Positions 1 through 9,291 of a stretch of DNA of 20,000 nt are shown here, in pieces. The stretch's first letter is position 1, and the number at the start of each line of letters is the position of its first letter. The stretch comes from an uncultured virus (IMG/VR IMGVR_UViG_3300018878_000121). Lineage: Duplodnaviria; Heunggongvirae; Uroviricota; Caudoviricetes. The translations under genes were made by a program, and so were the position numbers. The notes under the pieces are model-generated. The model saw only the letters and a program-made list of their open reading frames with translations, was not told the origin of the DNA and ran no database searches. Location: positions 106,354 through 126,353 of the IMG/VR virus record IMGVR_UViG_3300018878_000121, one strand, 5' to 3'.

Positions 1-228
1 TTCTACTTGACCCACATTATAGATATAAGACCTTAATTCTTCAAGCTCCTATTGAATTGGTTCAATTTTACTGTCAATTGTTTCATTCAATTTGTCAGTC
101 TCTTGGTCTGCTAAAAGCTTTTTATAATTTTTCATTTGACTATGCATATATTTACAAAAAGCTAAAGCACCAGCAGAAATTAAACCAAAAATAATTTCAA
201 TGAAATGTTCAGTTAAAAAAGCTAACAT
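1..228 (-). CDS. Holin-like membrane protein, partial (runs off the window end); 1 in-frame TAG at 49-51
   Basis: ATG at 228 after an AAAGGGG RBS. Translation MLAFLTEHFIEIIFGLISAGALAFCKYMHSQMKNYKKLLADQETDKLNETIDSKIEPIQ(TAG)ELEELRSYIYNVGQVE: one N-terminal hydrophobic helix then a coiled coil. The holin call is inferred from this architecture only. Confidence 0.6.
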
Positions 229-234
229 TATAAC

Positions 235-291
235 AAATCCCCTTTCTTAAAATTTTTTCTCACACTATATCAATTTTAAGTAAGGGGATTT
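235..291 (-). promoter_or_regulatory. Stem-loop sequestering the RBS of the holin-like gene
   Basis: Inverted repeat 272-291 / 235-254. On the mRNA, AAAUCCCCUU-A-CUUAAAAUU pairs with AAUUUUAAG-A-AAGGGGAUUU (19 bp, one A/A mismatch, 17-nt loop). The 3' arm contains the Shine-Dalgarno sequence. Confidence 0.7.
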
Positions 292-307
292 TATTTATTC
301 AGACCAA
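266..307 (-). promoter_or_regulatory. Putative phage-specific promoter motif, copy 1 (TTGGTC-N29-TGATATA)
   Basis: Same spacing as the copies upstream of nrdD and the intron endonuclease, but a weaker match in the second box. Confidence 0.4.
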
Positions 308-786
308 TCAAATGATTTTGCCTAAGAGTTTAGATACCAGTGACCAATACATATTGCGTCACTTTCATCTTCTGTAGCTTGTTTATTATAAAGCGTTTTT
401 ATTAATAACTAAGCTTCTTTTTTCTACTCTGGACGAGTTCTACTTTTTATACCGATTTTACTTTTCCATACTGTAGCTAATACAGCTTCAACTGGTATAT
501 CTAATTCTACAATCAATTCATAAATAACACCAAATACTTCTGCTAATGTTTTAAAGGTTTGAACATTTCCTGTTACATTAGATTGAAGTTGTATATCTTC
601 CATTATAACTTTATTAATAGAATAAGTATCAATTAATTGATGAACATTTTTTCTAATATTAAGCAATCTATCTCCTAAATCGGATTGATTACAAGTAAAA
701 TGTCCATAATCAATTAATTGATTATCTTCAAATATAGCATATCCAGTTATTTTAGAAGACTAATCTAAAGATAAGATTCTGCTCAT
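295..786 (-). CDS. ruvC: RuvC-like Holliday junction resolvase, 163 aa; 4 in-frame TAGs (760, 424, 409, 322)
   Basis: With TAG=Q: MSRILSLDQSSKITGYAIF...VIMEDIQ...VWKSKIG...RPEQKKEAQ...EDESDAICIG...WSE-TAA. The RNase H/RuvC acidic residues (D8, E, D-x-x-DA) are present. ATG overlaps the dut stop (ATGA). Confidence 0.85.
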
Positions 787-1478
787 ACTGATTCAAAAAC
801 ATCTGCTTTTAATCCAAGAGAATTAAAAACATCAAGTAATTTTTCATCAATTTTAATTTCGTTATTTAAATTAATTGATTGTAAAGAAGTAGAACCAAAT
901 CCGCCTGTTCGTAAGCCAATAGCTACATCATCTTCAATGGTATAATAAGGTTTAATAATTCCTTGACCAATAATATCTCCTCGTTTTAATTGAATATCAA
1001 ATGGAGATAAATTAATTAATTGAAAGAAAATTTCACCTTCATTATCAGGATTATTATAATAATCAGCGTCAATAATACCAACTCCATTAGCAAGAATAAG
1101 CCAATATTTTAAAGGAGTAGAAGACCGCACGCTTAATTCAAGATAAGTATTTGGAAGTAATTCACATTTCATTCCAGTAGAAACTAAAGAAGGTTTAATT
1201 TTTGATGCTTTAGTAACAGCGGCAACATCTTCAAGAGTATAAGGTTTACTCATCTTTTGCGCAAGCTCATATTCAGCCTTCTTCTTTTCTTCTGAGTCAA
1301 TTACATTCTAATGTAATTGGAATAGTTCATATCTACCAAGCCAATTCAATTCTTCAGAACAAGATGGAATTATAATATCTTCAGCTACAACAAAATCATA
1401 TCCAGCGCTCTGTTCTGTTTTTCTAATTGGTAAAGGTAAATCAATATCATTAAATCTACTTACTTTTTCAAATTTCAT
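783..1478 (-). CDS. dut: Trimeric dUTPase, 231 aa; in-frame TAG at 1308-1310
   Basis: Motif 1 (SAGYDF) lies upstream of the TAG, in frame with motifs 2-5 (RSS, GIIDADY, GQGII, RTGGFGST). ATG at 1478 overlaps the upstream TAA (TAATG). Confidence 0.92.
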
Positions 1479-1723
1479 TATTCTACCTCATAATTAATAT
1501 TAACAAAACTTATCGGGTCTTTTTCATCATTGAAATGTTTGTTTAAAGTAACTTTATACCAACTATCAATAACTGCACCTTTAGATTTTCTTTCTTTAAA
1601 TTCACTAGAATATTTTGCTAATGAAAATTCAGTAGCATTCTTAGCTTCATCAATAATTTCTTTTACTTCATTTTCATTATCTACTCTATATACTTCAATT
1701 GTACTTACAAGATATTTTGACAT
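1478..1723 (-). CDS. Hypothetical protein, 81 aa
   Basis: ORF with a GAGG RBS, tightly packed between its neighbours. Confidence 0.75.
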   Translation of the reverse strand: MSKYLVSTIEVYRVDNENEVKEIIDEAKNATEFSLAKYSSEFKERKSKGAVIDSWYKVTLNKHFNDEKDPISFVNINYEVE

Positions 1724-1724
1724 T

Positions 1725-1985
1725 TTAATTTACCTCAATATTAATTTTTTTAGTATTATAATTTTTTACATTATACATTTGAATATCTTCAATAAAACCT
1801 TCAAGATATCCTTCATTACCATATAGGTGAATATTGTATATATCATATGTATAACAACTACTAACAATTACTTCTGCTAAATTATCAATAGTTGTTGAAG
1901 CTATTTCTCGCTTACCATTATCATCATAAATAAATATATACTAATCAGTATTAAATAAATTAACTGAACTAACAATATAACTCAT
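1725..1985 (-). CDS. Hypothetical protein, 86 aa; in-frame TAG at 1941-1943 (absent from the ORF track)
   Basis: GGAGG RBS, ATG at 1985, MSYIVSSVNLFNTD(TAG)YIFIYDDNGKRE...INIEVN-TAA. It exactly fills the gap between the flanking genes. Confidence 0.75.
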
Positions 1986-1986
1986 T

Positions 1987-2385
1987 TTATCCTCCATATG
2001 AAACCATTAAACCTTCACAATCAAATAAGCACATACATAAATTTTCATCTTCATTTGTCCGCACCCAAATTTCAATTGTATCAGAAGCTTCCATATAATC
2101 AACAGTAATAATCTTACCAATATCTAAAGCGCAAGTAAGAACTGCTTTTCCTTTATTTTCAAAATCCGATTCGTTTGCTTTTGGATAGAAAATAGTATAA
2201 TAAGAAATTTCTTTACATAAAAGCATTAAATTTGAATAATTTTTCATTTTATCATTAATTAATTCAATATAAGGGTCTATATTATCTGCTATTGGAAGCT
2301 ATGAAACAATAGATTTATTTAAATCATATAGATTCATAGAAATATTTCCATAATCTTTAGATTCTTTTTTTAAATTACACTTCAT
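1987..2385 (-). CDS. Hypothetical protein, 132 aa; in-frame TAG at 2299-2301
   Basis: AAGGAG RBS and ATG at 2385 just downstream of a consensus promoter. In frame with the track ORF 1987..2247 through one TAG (NKSIVS-Q-LP). Confidence 0.75.
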
Positions 2386-2415
2386 TATTTATCTCCTTTT
2401 TTATTTTATATAATA

Positions 2416-2444
2416 ATTATATCATATTTTTTTATTTTTGTCAA
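2416..2444 (-). promoter_or_regulatory. sigma70/sigmaA-type promoter
   Basis: TTGACA (2444-2439), 17 nt, TATAAT (2421-2416), with an extended -10 TG. Perfect consensus. Confidence 0.85.
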
Positions 2445-2904
2445 GATAAATAATACGTTGATTGCGGCTTCCTCTCATAGGAAGTGTAATGTCTCTTTCA
2501 GCTTCAATATAAGGTCCATCAATTAAACAAGTAATTAATTCTAAAATTTCTTTTATATTTGGATTATGAGGTAAATCATCGTAAGTATACCCTGTCCATA
2601 AATAAATTTCTGTATCTGGTAATTTTTCTTTAACAGTTTTTATTACCAATAAAGTCAAAAAAGTATTTTCAGGACATAAAGGTTCTCCACCCAAAATACT
2701 TAAAGAACGCTTAATACCATTAGCTTGAAGAGCTTCAATTATTTCATTAATTACATCAGTAGTAAATTCTAGTCCTCCGTCATAATCCCAAGTTTCGGGA
2801 TTATGACAGCCAAGACAATGATGCGGACATCCTTGAGTATAGAAAGAAACTGATACACCAGTTGCCGCAGAAAAATCATTTTTAATTAAACCTGCATATC
2901 GCAT
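2422..2904 (-). CDS. nrdG: Anaerobic ribonucleotide reductase activating protein (radical SAM)
   Basis: CxxxCxxC motif GCPHHCLGCHNPETW, plus LGGEP, DGPY and RGSRNQR. Confidence 0.95.
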   Translation of the reverse strand: MRYAGLIKNDFSAATGVSVSFYTQGCPHHCLGCHNPETWDYDGGLEFTTDVINEIIEALQANGIKRSLSILGGEPLCPENTFLTLLVIKTVKEKLPDTEIYLWTGYTYDDLPHNPNIKEILELITCLIDGPYIEAERDITLPMRGSRNQRIIYLDKNKKI

Positions 2905-3533
2905 TATTCTTCCTCCTCTAAGTCTAAATCATGAACATCATCTGGATTAGCTACTTCGTAATAAAATATACATCTACAACTGGGATGATATGGTGGGAGA
3001 TTAACATCTTCATCTGGCGGATATTCTCCGCCTTCACACATATCACATCCACTTTCAATTACTAATAAAGTAGCATTAATAGGTCTTTTATTTTTCTTTA
3101 CTGCATTTTCTACATTTTTAGTTTCTGTATTTAAAATTCTTTCAAATTTATAAACTAAATTATCTCTTATTTCTTTATAAGTTTTTTCTTTTAAAATATC
3201 TTGTCTTGTCTCTTCCCAAATTAAAGACAATCTATCTTGAATTGTTTTTCCATCTTCTTTATAAGTTAAATCAAAGATATTTTTGATATTAAATTCTTCT
3301 ACTTCTTCATATAATTTTTCTATATATTTACTTGTAATAAGATATGTTTCAGTTAATGATTCATAAAATAAATCTTCAATTTTTTTATATGCTTTATCCC
3401 AAAGTTTAATATTAAAATTATTTGAATATTCTCTGACAGCTTTTAAAGATTTATTTATAATTTTTTCAAAATATTTATCTTTAGATTCGTCAATTAAATC
3501 TTCTAATTTAAGTATTTCTTTTCTGATACTCAT
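2904..3533 (-). CDS. MuF / SPP1 gp7-like head morphogenesis-domain protein, 209 aa
   Basis: C-terminal CDMC...PPYHPSCRC resembles the PPxHPxCRC motif of the Phage_Mu_F family, and ERILNTE resembles its R-I-x-RTE motif. Confidence 0.6.
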   Translation of the reverse strand: MSIRKEILKLEDLIDESKDKYFEKIINKSLKAVREYSNNFNIKLWDKAYKKIEDLFYESLTETYLITSKYIEKLYEEVEEFNIKNIFDLTYKEDGKTIQDRLSLIWEETRQDILKEKTYKEIRDNLVYKFERILNTETKNVENAVKKNKRPINATLLVIESGCDMCEGGEYPPDEDVNLPPYHPSCRCIFYYEVANPDDVHDLDLEEEE

Positions 3534-3538
3534 AACAA

Positions 3539-5830
3539 TTATCCATGTTTAACCCTTCGCTCTACCTCATCTTGTTTACCAAGGTTAAAAGCAGTTTTAT
3601 AATTACCAGTTAAATAACCAGTAACTCTACGCAATTGTTGAATTTCTTTACTTCCGCATTCTGGACATTCATCATTAAATTCATCAGTATATCCGCATTT
3701 AAGACAAGTATCATTTGGAACATTTACTGCGAAATAAGGAATATCTTTATCCATAGCATAATTTACTAAAATTTCTAATGCCTCAAGATTATTTTTAATT
3801 CCACTATCCAATTCAACATAAGTAATACATCCAGCAGAAGAATAACAGGTTAATTGAGATTCAATATCAATTTTTTCAAATGGAGACATCTCTATCCACA
3901 CAGGTACATGCATAGAATTAGTAAAGAATTCTTTATCGGAAACATTCTCAATTACACCATATTTATCTTTAAATTTCTTTAAAGCAGTATGACATAGGTT
4001 TTCCGCAGGTGAATAATAAACACCAAAATTTAATTTATATTCATTTTTAAATTGAGCACAACGAGTTTTAAACAATTCTTCAATTCGTTTTGCTAATTCC
4101 ATTCCTTCTGGAGTAGTATGATTTTTTCCAATAAGAATTTGAAGCGTTTCAGCAAGACCTAATTGTCCAAGAGCAAGGGTACCATGCTTAAGAGCGGAAC
4201 GTATTCCTTCTTCTGGAATATATCCTGCCATAAGTCCATTTTCATACATAAACTTAGCAGAATCAGGAGATTGACTACAAATCCATTCAAATCTTTCAAT
4301 AAGCATATCTTTAGCATCATATATTGCTTTATCAAGAATTTCCATAAAAATATCTACAAGTTCAGTAGTATATTTATATTTATCTGTAAATTGATTTTCC
4401 CACTCTTCTTTTGCTTCCATGGCTAATGTAGGAAGAATAATTGTTACAGGACAAATATTACCTCTACCATCTTTGAGTTGACCAAAACCATTAATATCCC
4501 AACCATTTGCTGTGCGGCATCCCATCGTTGAGAAATAAGTTCTTGGGTCATTAATATCATATCCAGCATTACCAGACCAATCAACATTTGCGTAATTGGG
4601 ATATAGTCTTTGAGCGGTTGATTTTAAAGCCAATTGGAATAAATCATAATTGGGGTCTCCAGGTTTACGATTTACACCTTTCATACATTGAAAGATTCCA
4701 CAAGGGAAAATAGATGTTTTATGTAAAGCTCCAATACCTTCAATGGATACTTCAAGCAAAGCTTTAGTCACCATTCTACCTTCTGGTAAAGTACAAGTAC
4801 CATAATTAATAGAAGTAAATGGCAACTGATTGCCTGAACGAGATTGAAGTGTATTAAGATTATGATACATTCCTTCTACGGCTTGATGTGTTTCTTTTTT
4901 TGTTTCAAATAGAGCTGCTTGACTTAAATATTTATCAAGATTAACAATATTACTAAAAGTGAAATCTTCATATTTAAGATTAAATTCTTTTAAATATTTT
5001 TCTTTATGATTTTCAACCCAATTATCTAATTCTTCATTTGGCATATCCAAAAGAGACAGAGCTAAAAATTCGTCAGTATGTTTTACATATTCTAATACAT
5101 AATGTTTAAAAAATGATTTGCGTATATAAGGCACCATGGTCCAGTCAATATGTGTCGCAGAAACACCACCAAATTGTTGTAAACTTTGTAATTGGAAAAT
5201 AACCGCTACAAGCTGAAATGCTGTATTTACAGAACCTGCGGGACGCACATCTGTTTGTCTGGTATTAAATCCTTTAGCAAGCAAATCATCAAAAGGAATA
5301 GATAAGCAATTATGTGAACCAACATAATAACTATTTAAGTCATGAATATAAATACGATTATTTAAATGATTTTCTCTTGCTTTTGGTGATACAATAAAAT
5401 CTAATGCTAATTGTTTCGTGACCACATCTCCAGCTTCACCTGTGCGGCCTCCAAAAGATGCTTCATCTACATTAGCATTTTGGTTTTGGATATTTGTAGC
5501 ATTTAATTTTTCTTTAACTGCGTCAATAAAATCATTTTCATAATGTCTAGCAACTTCTTTTTTATATCTATAACGAATATATTCTCTTGCTACATCACTG
5601 CGTTCAGAACGCATTAAATATTCTTCAACTTTATCTTGAACTTTTTCAACAGTAAATGGTTTATCTGAATTATGTACAGCATCTTTATAAATAGCTTCCG
5701 CTATATCAGCAGCTGTATCTGTTTCATAAAGTTTTCCATCAACTTCAAGAAAAGCTTTATTTATTGCGGTAATAATTTTACCTTTATTAAAAGGAACAAG
5801 TGTTCCATCTCTTTTATAAATTTGTACCAT
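3539..5830 (-). CDS. nrdD: Anaerobic (class III) ribonucleoside-triphosphate reductase with N-terminal ATP cone
   Basis: ATP cone (IYKRDG...KI..AI), IHDL, HNC, MGCRT, PAENL, Zn-site CLKC/CPEC and the glycyl radical motif RRVTGYL. Confidence 0.97.
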   Translation of the reverse strand: MVQIYKRDGTLVPFNKGKIITAINKAFLEVDGKLYETDTAADIAEAIYKDAVHNSDKPFTVEKVQDKVEEYLMRSERSDVAREYIRYRYKKEVARHYENDFIDAVKEKLNATNIQNQNANVDEASFGGRTGEAGDVVTKQLALDFIVSPKARENHLNNRIYIHDLNSYYVGSHNCLSIPFDDLLAKGFNTRQTDVRPAGSVNTAFQLVAVIFQLQSLQQFGGVSATHIDWTMVPYIRKSFFKHYVLEYVKHTDEFLALSLLDMPNEELDNWVENHKEKYLKEFNLKYEDFTFSNIVNLDKYLSQAALFETKKETHQAVEGMYHNLNTLQSRSGNQLPFTSINYGTCTLPEGRMVTKALLEVSIEGIGALHKTSIFPCGIFQCMKGVNRKPGDPNYDLFQLALKSTAQRLYPNYANVDWSGNAGYDINDPRTYFSTMGCRTANGWDINGFGQLKDGRGNICPVTIILPTLAMEAKEEWENQFTDKYKYTTELVDIFMEILDKAIYDAKDMLIERFEWICSQSPDSAKFMYENGLMAGYIPEEGIRSALKHGTLALGQLGLAETLQILIGKNHTTPEGMELAKRIEELFKTRCAQFKNEYKLNFGVYYSPAENLCHTALKKFKDKYGVIENVSDKEFFTNSMHVPVWIEMSPFEKIDIESQLTCYSSAGCITYVELDSGIKNNLEALEILVNYAMDKDIPYFAVNVPNDTCLKCGYTDEFNDECPECGSKEIQQLRRVTGYLTGNYKTAFNLGKQDEVERRVKHG

Positions 5831-5870
5831 TAATAAATCCTCCGAAAATATTAATTTGGGGCGACCCTAT

Positions 5871-5914
5871 TATATTTAATAGTTGTTTTTTTATGGTTAA
5901 TTACTTCTGCCCAA
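5871..5914 (-). promoter_or_regulatory. Putative phage-specific promoter motif, copy 2 (TTGGGC-N29-TTAAATATA)
   Basis: Upstream of nrdD. Spacing and second box are identical to the copy at 10095-10138. Confidence 0.5.
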
Positions 5915-6455
5915 TGATGCTTAAAATTGTCTTTACGTTCTTCATTAAGTCTAATGTATTATCATTTTGTAATTCAATATATTCAAAAGGTAAATCTGAA
6001 AAATCTTTTTTATCAGTTCCATAACGTCTAACAATTTCATCAACATTTGGTTCATCTTCTCTATTTAATTGTCTTAAAAGTCTTTGTTTATCAGAAGCTT
6101 TTATATAAAAAATAGTTACATCAATTTGAGGGTCTGATAGTAAAAATTCAACACGAGATGGGTCAAATACTCCTATATTTATAACATCTGAACGTAAACA
6201 TTCATAATCAGTTCCATAAAACCAATCATTAAAAGTTGCCATTTCTACTAATTCATTATTAATAGCTTTTTGCGCAAATTGCTCTGGTGTTATAAAATAG
6301 TAATTAATACCTTCAATTTCATTATCTCTACGAGGACGTGTAGTATAACTAATAATAGAATGAACATCATTAGTATTTTCTAAAATCATTCTTAATAATG
6401 TATCTTTACCAGAACCAGATTGCCCAATTAAAGCAATTATTTTATACTTCTTCAT
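5901..6455 (-). CDS. gmk: Guanylate kinase-like nucleotide kinase
   Basis: P-loop GQSGSGKD and GMP-binding SYTTRPRRDNEIEGINYYF...YGT. Confidence 0.9.
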   Translation of the reverse strand: MKKYKIIALIGQSGSGKDTLLRMILENTNDVHSIISYTTRPRRDNEIEGINYYFITPEQFAQKAINNELVEMATFNDWFYGTDYECLRSDVINIGVFDPSRVEFLLSDPQIDVTIFYIKASDKQRLLRQLNREDEPNVDEIVRRYGTDKKDFSDLPFEYIELQNDNTLDLMKNVKTILSIIGQK

Positions 6456-6681
6456 TTATGTCAATAGCCTCATCTTCATATTCATATTTTAATTGATTAG
6501 GTAATTCATTACGATAAAAAGTATATTTCCTTTTACAGGTAGGACAAAAATAAACATACTGTTCAGGATAAGTACATAAAACTTTACCAGTACTTTTTAT
6601 TTCTTCATTACAATCTTCACAATAAAAGCTATCTATATAGATAGCTTTTACATATCGTCTTTTAATTTTCATCTTCTTCAA
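6442..6681 (-). CDS. Small zinc-ribbon protein
   Basis: Two CxxC pairs (CEDC, CPTC). Overlaps both neighbours. Confidence 0.7.
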   Translation of the reverse strand: MKKMKIKRRYVKAIYIDSFYCEDCNEEIKSTGKVLCTYPEQYVYFCPTCKRKYTFYRNELPNQLKYEYEDEAIDINEEV

Positions 6682-9169
6682 TTCCTCCTTGATAACGTTC
6701 CGAAGTTAATTTTAAATCAGTTTTATTTACAATTTCTTCAATTTTATACAACTGATGACCTGGCGTACTATTGTATTTTTTAACAATAAAATTATCTCCA
6801 GAACGAATACCCATAACCGCAATCATATTACCACGATTAAACCAAGATTTTTCTACAATCTTTTTAGTTCCATCAGGATTTTTGATAGAAATTTGTTTAT
6901 CAAATAAAGAAAAATATTCTTTTCTAAATTTAACTTCTACAACTCCATGAGTTGTTAATAACGTTACTGTGCTTTTAACCTTATTTTTTGCTATACAGGT
7001 TCCGCAAATTTTATGAAGTTTAAACATATGAATTTCTTTTCCTCCACGAGCAAACACTTGGTCTACTATTGGTTCTTCTGGCAAAGCAAAGAAATCAACA
7101 AATCCATATTTATTATGATTTACATCAATTAATTCATGTTCGTGATAATAAAAACATAAAACTTCCATCTCCCAAGCAGAAATTGTACCTGAAGCATATT
7201 TCTCCCAATCTTCAAGAAAAACAGCATCATTTATTTTTACTAAGATTTCATCTTTATTTTCATTAATCCATGTTCTAAAAATATCCATCCAATTTTGATA
7301 AATTTTTTCCCATTGCTTAATATTCATAAAGAAAATTGTATCTTTTGTTATAATCAAATTATCACAATGTACTTCAATAAGAAAATTAATAGCTCTTTCA
7401 TCTAATTTATATAATTCATTATTAAATTTACAAATTGCTTTTAAATAACGATTAAATTCATATACTCTTCTTGCTAAAATTTGTTCTTCAGTTTCAGATG
7501 GAAGTAGATTATATTTAATTAATCCACCCATATTTTGTAGAGTAATTCTTTTTTTTCTATCGCAAGTTTCCCAAATATACCAAGCCATACAAGTTTTACG
7601 TTCCATCATATCATCAAAAGCTCCACCCTTAATCAATGAAATCATAGCTTGCTTGCCTGGATTTACTTTATTCAAAAAATCTCGCGGAGATACATAAGGT
7701 CTATGTTCAATGATAGATGCTACGACATCATCACCAACATTTAATAATCCTTTTAAACCAAAAAGAATTCTATTGTTCTCAGCATCTGGCGCAAAGCCAT
7801 ATTTAGATTTATTAATATTTGCTAAACTAACTTTAATACCAGCAGCTTGAATATCACCAATAGCTTTCGCAATTTTACCATAATCAGTACTTGCGCCAGC
7901 TTCTTCATCAGTTGCGCCACTATTAACAATTAAACAAGCTGTATTCCAATAGATAGGATTAAATTTAGTTGCCAATAAAATTGTTTGAATACCAACAAAT
8001 GAATAAGGTAATGAATGATTTAAACTAAAAGCATATCCAAGTTGTGGAGCGACCGCAACTTCCCAGACATAATCTGCTATATTAGAATTTCCAATTTTTT
8101 CATACACTTGCGCTTTTAATTCCGGAATTTTTGACATCTGTTTTTTTGCTACTATTTTACGAGCAGCGTTTGCTTCACCTAAAGTAAAATTAGCAACCTC
8201 CATCAAAATTTCCATCATTTGCTCTTGGATAGGACAGCAACCATAATATTTATCACAATGTTTATGCATTAACTCAATCATTTTTTCAGGCAAATGATTA
8301 AATTTCATTTCTTTATCAAAAATATTAATTCCTGATTTTTGAATGCGAGCATATCTATCTTGCTGACTTTCTTTACCTTTTTCAGACATAAGTCTCATCA
8401 TAGCATTTGCGGCAGTCATCTCTAAAGGATTTTGTGGTTTAAGTTTTTTCGCAATTGCTAATCCAACACCACCACTAAACTGAAATACATCCAATATATC
8501 ACCTGCGGCTAAATGATTCCAAATATAATTTTCAGATGTGTCAATTATTTCTGGATGAATATATTTATTATAAGTTTCTCTTAAACCAATATTTTCAATT
8601 AAATTATCCTCATGTAACATTTCAAAACATTTAATAATTTTATCAGAAACTTCAGTTACAAGAAAATCATATTTAGTATCACCTGCTGCTTCCGCCGCAT
8701 GTAAGTCAAAACAAGTAATTAAATCTCCATTTGGTGCTCTCATAAAAGATGCTGTATCAAATGGATTTTTATCATAAAGAATTACACCAGAAGCATGAAT
8801 GCCACGTTTATTTACTAATCCCTCTATTGAAATGATAATATCAACCAATCCAGGATATTGATTAACTTCTTTTATAAAAGTTGTAACTGGTTTTCTATCT
8901 TTTTCTTCATCACCATATAATACTTCTGAAATAGACCATAAAAATCCACGTTCTTGAGGAATTAATGATGACATATATTGCGCTACATCTACATCTATTC
9001 CTTCTGGATATTCTTCACTTCTATAACCACGACAAGCTGTAAGAACAGCTGATTTAGTTCCTTCAGTTCCAAAAGTTGCTACCTGAACCAAACCAAATTC
9101 TCCACGTTCTTTACGAATTGCTTCAAAAATCGCTGGTCTTTTACTTGGAGCCAGGTCTATATCAATATC
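6662..9169 (-). CDS. dnaE: DNA polymerase III alpha (family C), exon 2
   Basis: The frame is open from 9169 (DIDIDLAPSKRPAIF...). Contains GIHASGV, KYDFL, QEQMM, GYAFSLNHS, the HhH region GLKGLLNVG and a C-terminal OB fold. The spliced product would be 1292 aa. Confidence 0.93.
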   Translation of the reverse strand, partial: DIDIDLAPSKRPAIFEAIRKERGEFGLVQVATFGTEGTKSAVLTACRGYRSEEYPEGIDVDVAQYMSSLIPQERGFLWSISEVLYGDEEKDRKPVTTFIKEVNQYPGLVDIIISIEGLVNKRGIHASGVILYDKNPFDTASFMRAPNGDLITCFDLHAAEAAGDTKYDFLVTEVSDKIIKCFEMLHEDNLIENIGLRETYNKYIHPEIIDTSENYIWNHLAAGDILDVFQFSGGVGLAIAKKLKPQNPLEMTAANAMMRLMSEKGKESQQDRYARIQKSGINIFDKEMKFNHLPEKMIELMHKHCDKYYGCCPIQEQMMEILMEVANFTLGEANAARKIVAKKQMSKIPELKAQVYEKIGNSNIADYVWEVAVAPQLGYAFSLNHSLPYSFVGIQTILLATKFNPIYWNTACLIVNSGATDEEAGASTDYGKIAKAIGDIQAAGIKVSLANINKSKYGFAPDAENNRILFGLKGLLNVGDDVVASIIEHRPYVSPRDFLNKVNPGKQAMISLIKGGAFDDMMERKTCMAWYIWETCDRKKRITLQNMGGLIKYNLLPSETEEQILARRVYEFNRYLKAICKFNNELYKLDERAINFLIEVHCDNLIITKDTIFFMNIKQWEKIYQNWMDIFRTWINENKDEILVKINDAVFLEDWEKYASGTISAWEMEVLCFYYHEHELIDVNHNKYGFVDFFALPEEPIVDQVFARGGKEIHMFKLHKICGTCIAKNKVKSTVTLLTTHGVVEVKFRKEYFSLFDKQISIKNPDGTKKIVEKSWFNRGNMIAVMGIRSGDNFIVKKYNSTPGHQLYKIEEIVNKTDLKLTSERYQGGIEEDEN

Positions 9170-9291
9170 CGTTTATTGGACTATATTTTTCATAATGACT
9201 TACTAAGAGCATTTTACTTCAGTCATTACTAGAACATCTTTCAGACGGTGCTTATCTCCGCCTTACATAAATAGTCTCTACACATTTAATC

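Noticed and set aside
295..2385. Cluster of pseudogenes with premature stops
   Set aside because: All interruptions are TAG, never TAA, TGA or frameshifts, and the motifs on both sides are intact. Recoding explains this better than decay.
5831..5900. NrdR boxes upstream of nrdD
   Set aside because: No convincing match to the acaCwAtATaTwGtgt palindrome.
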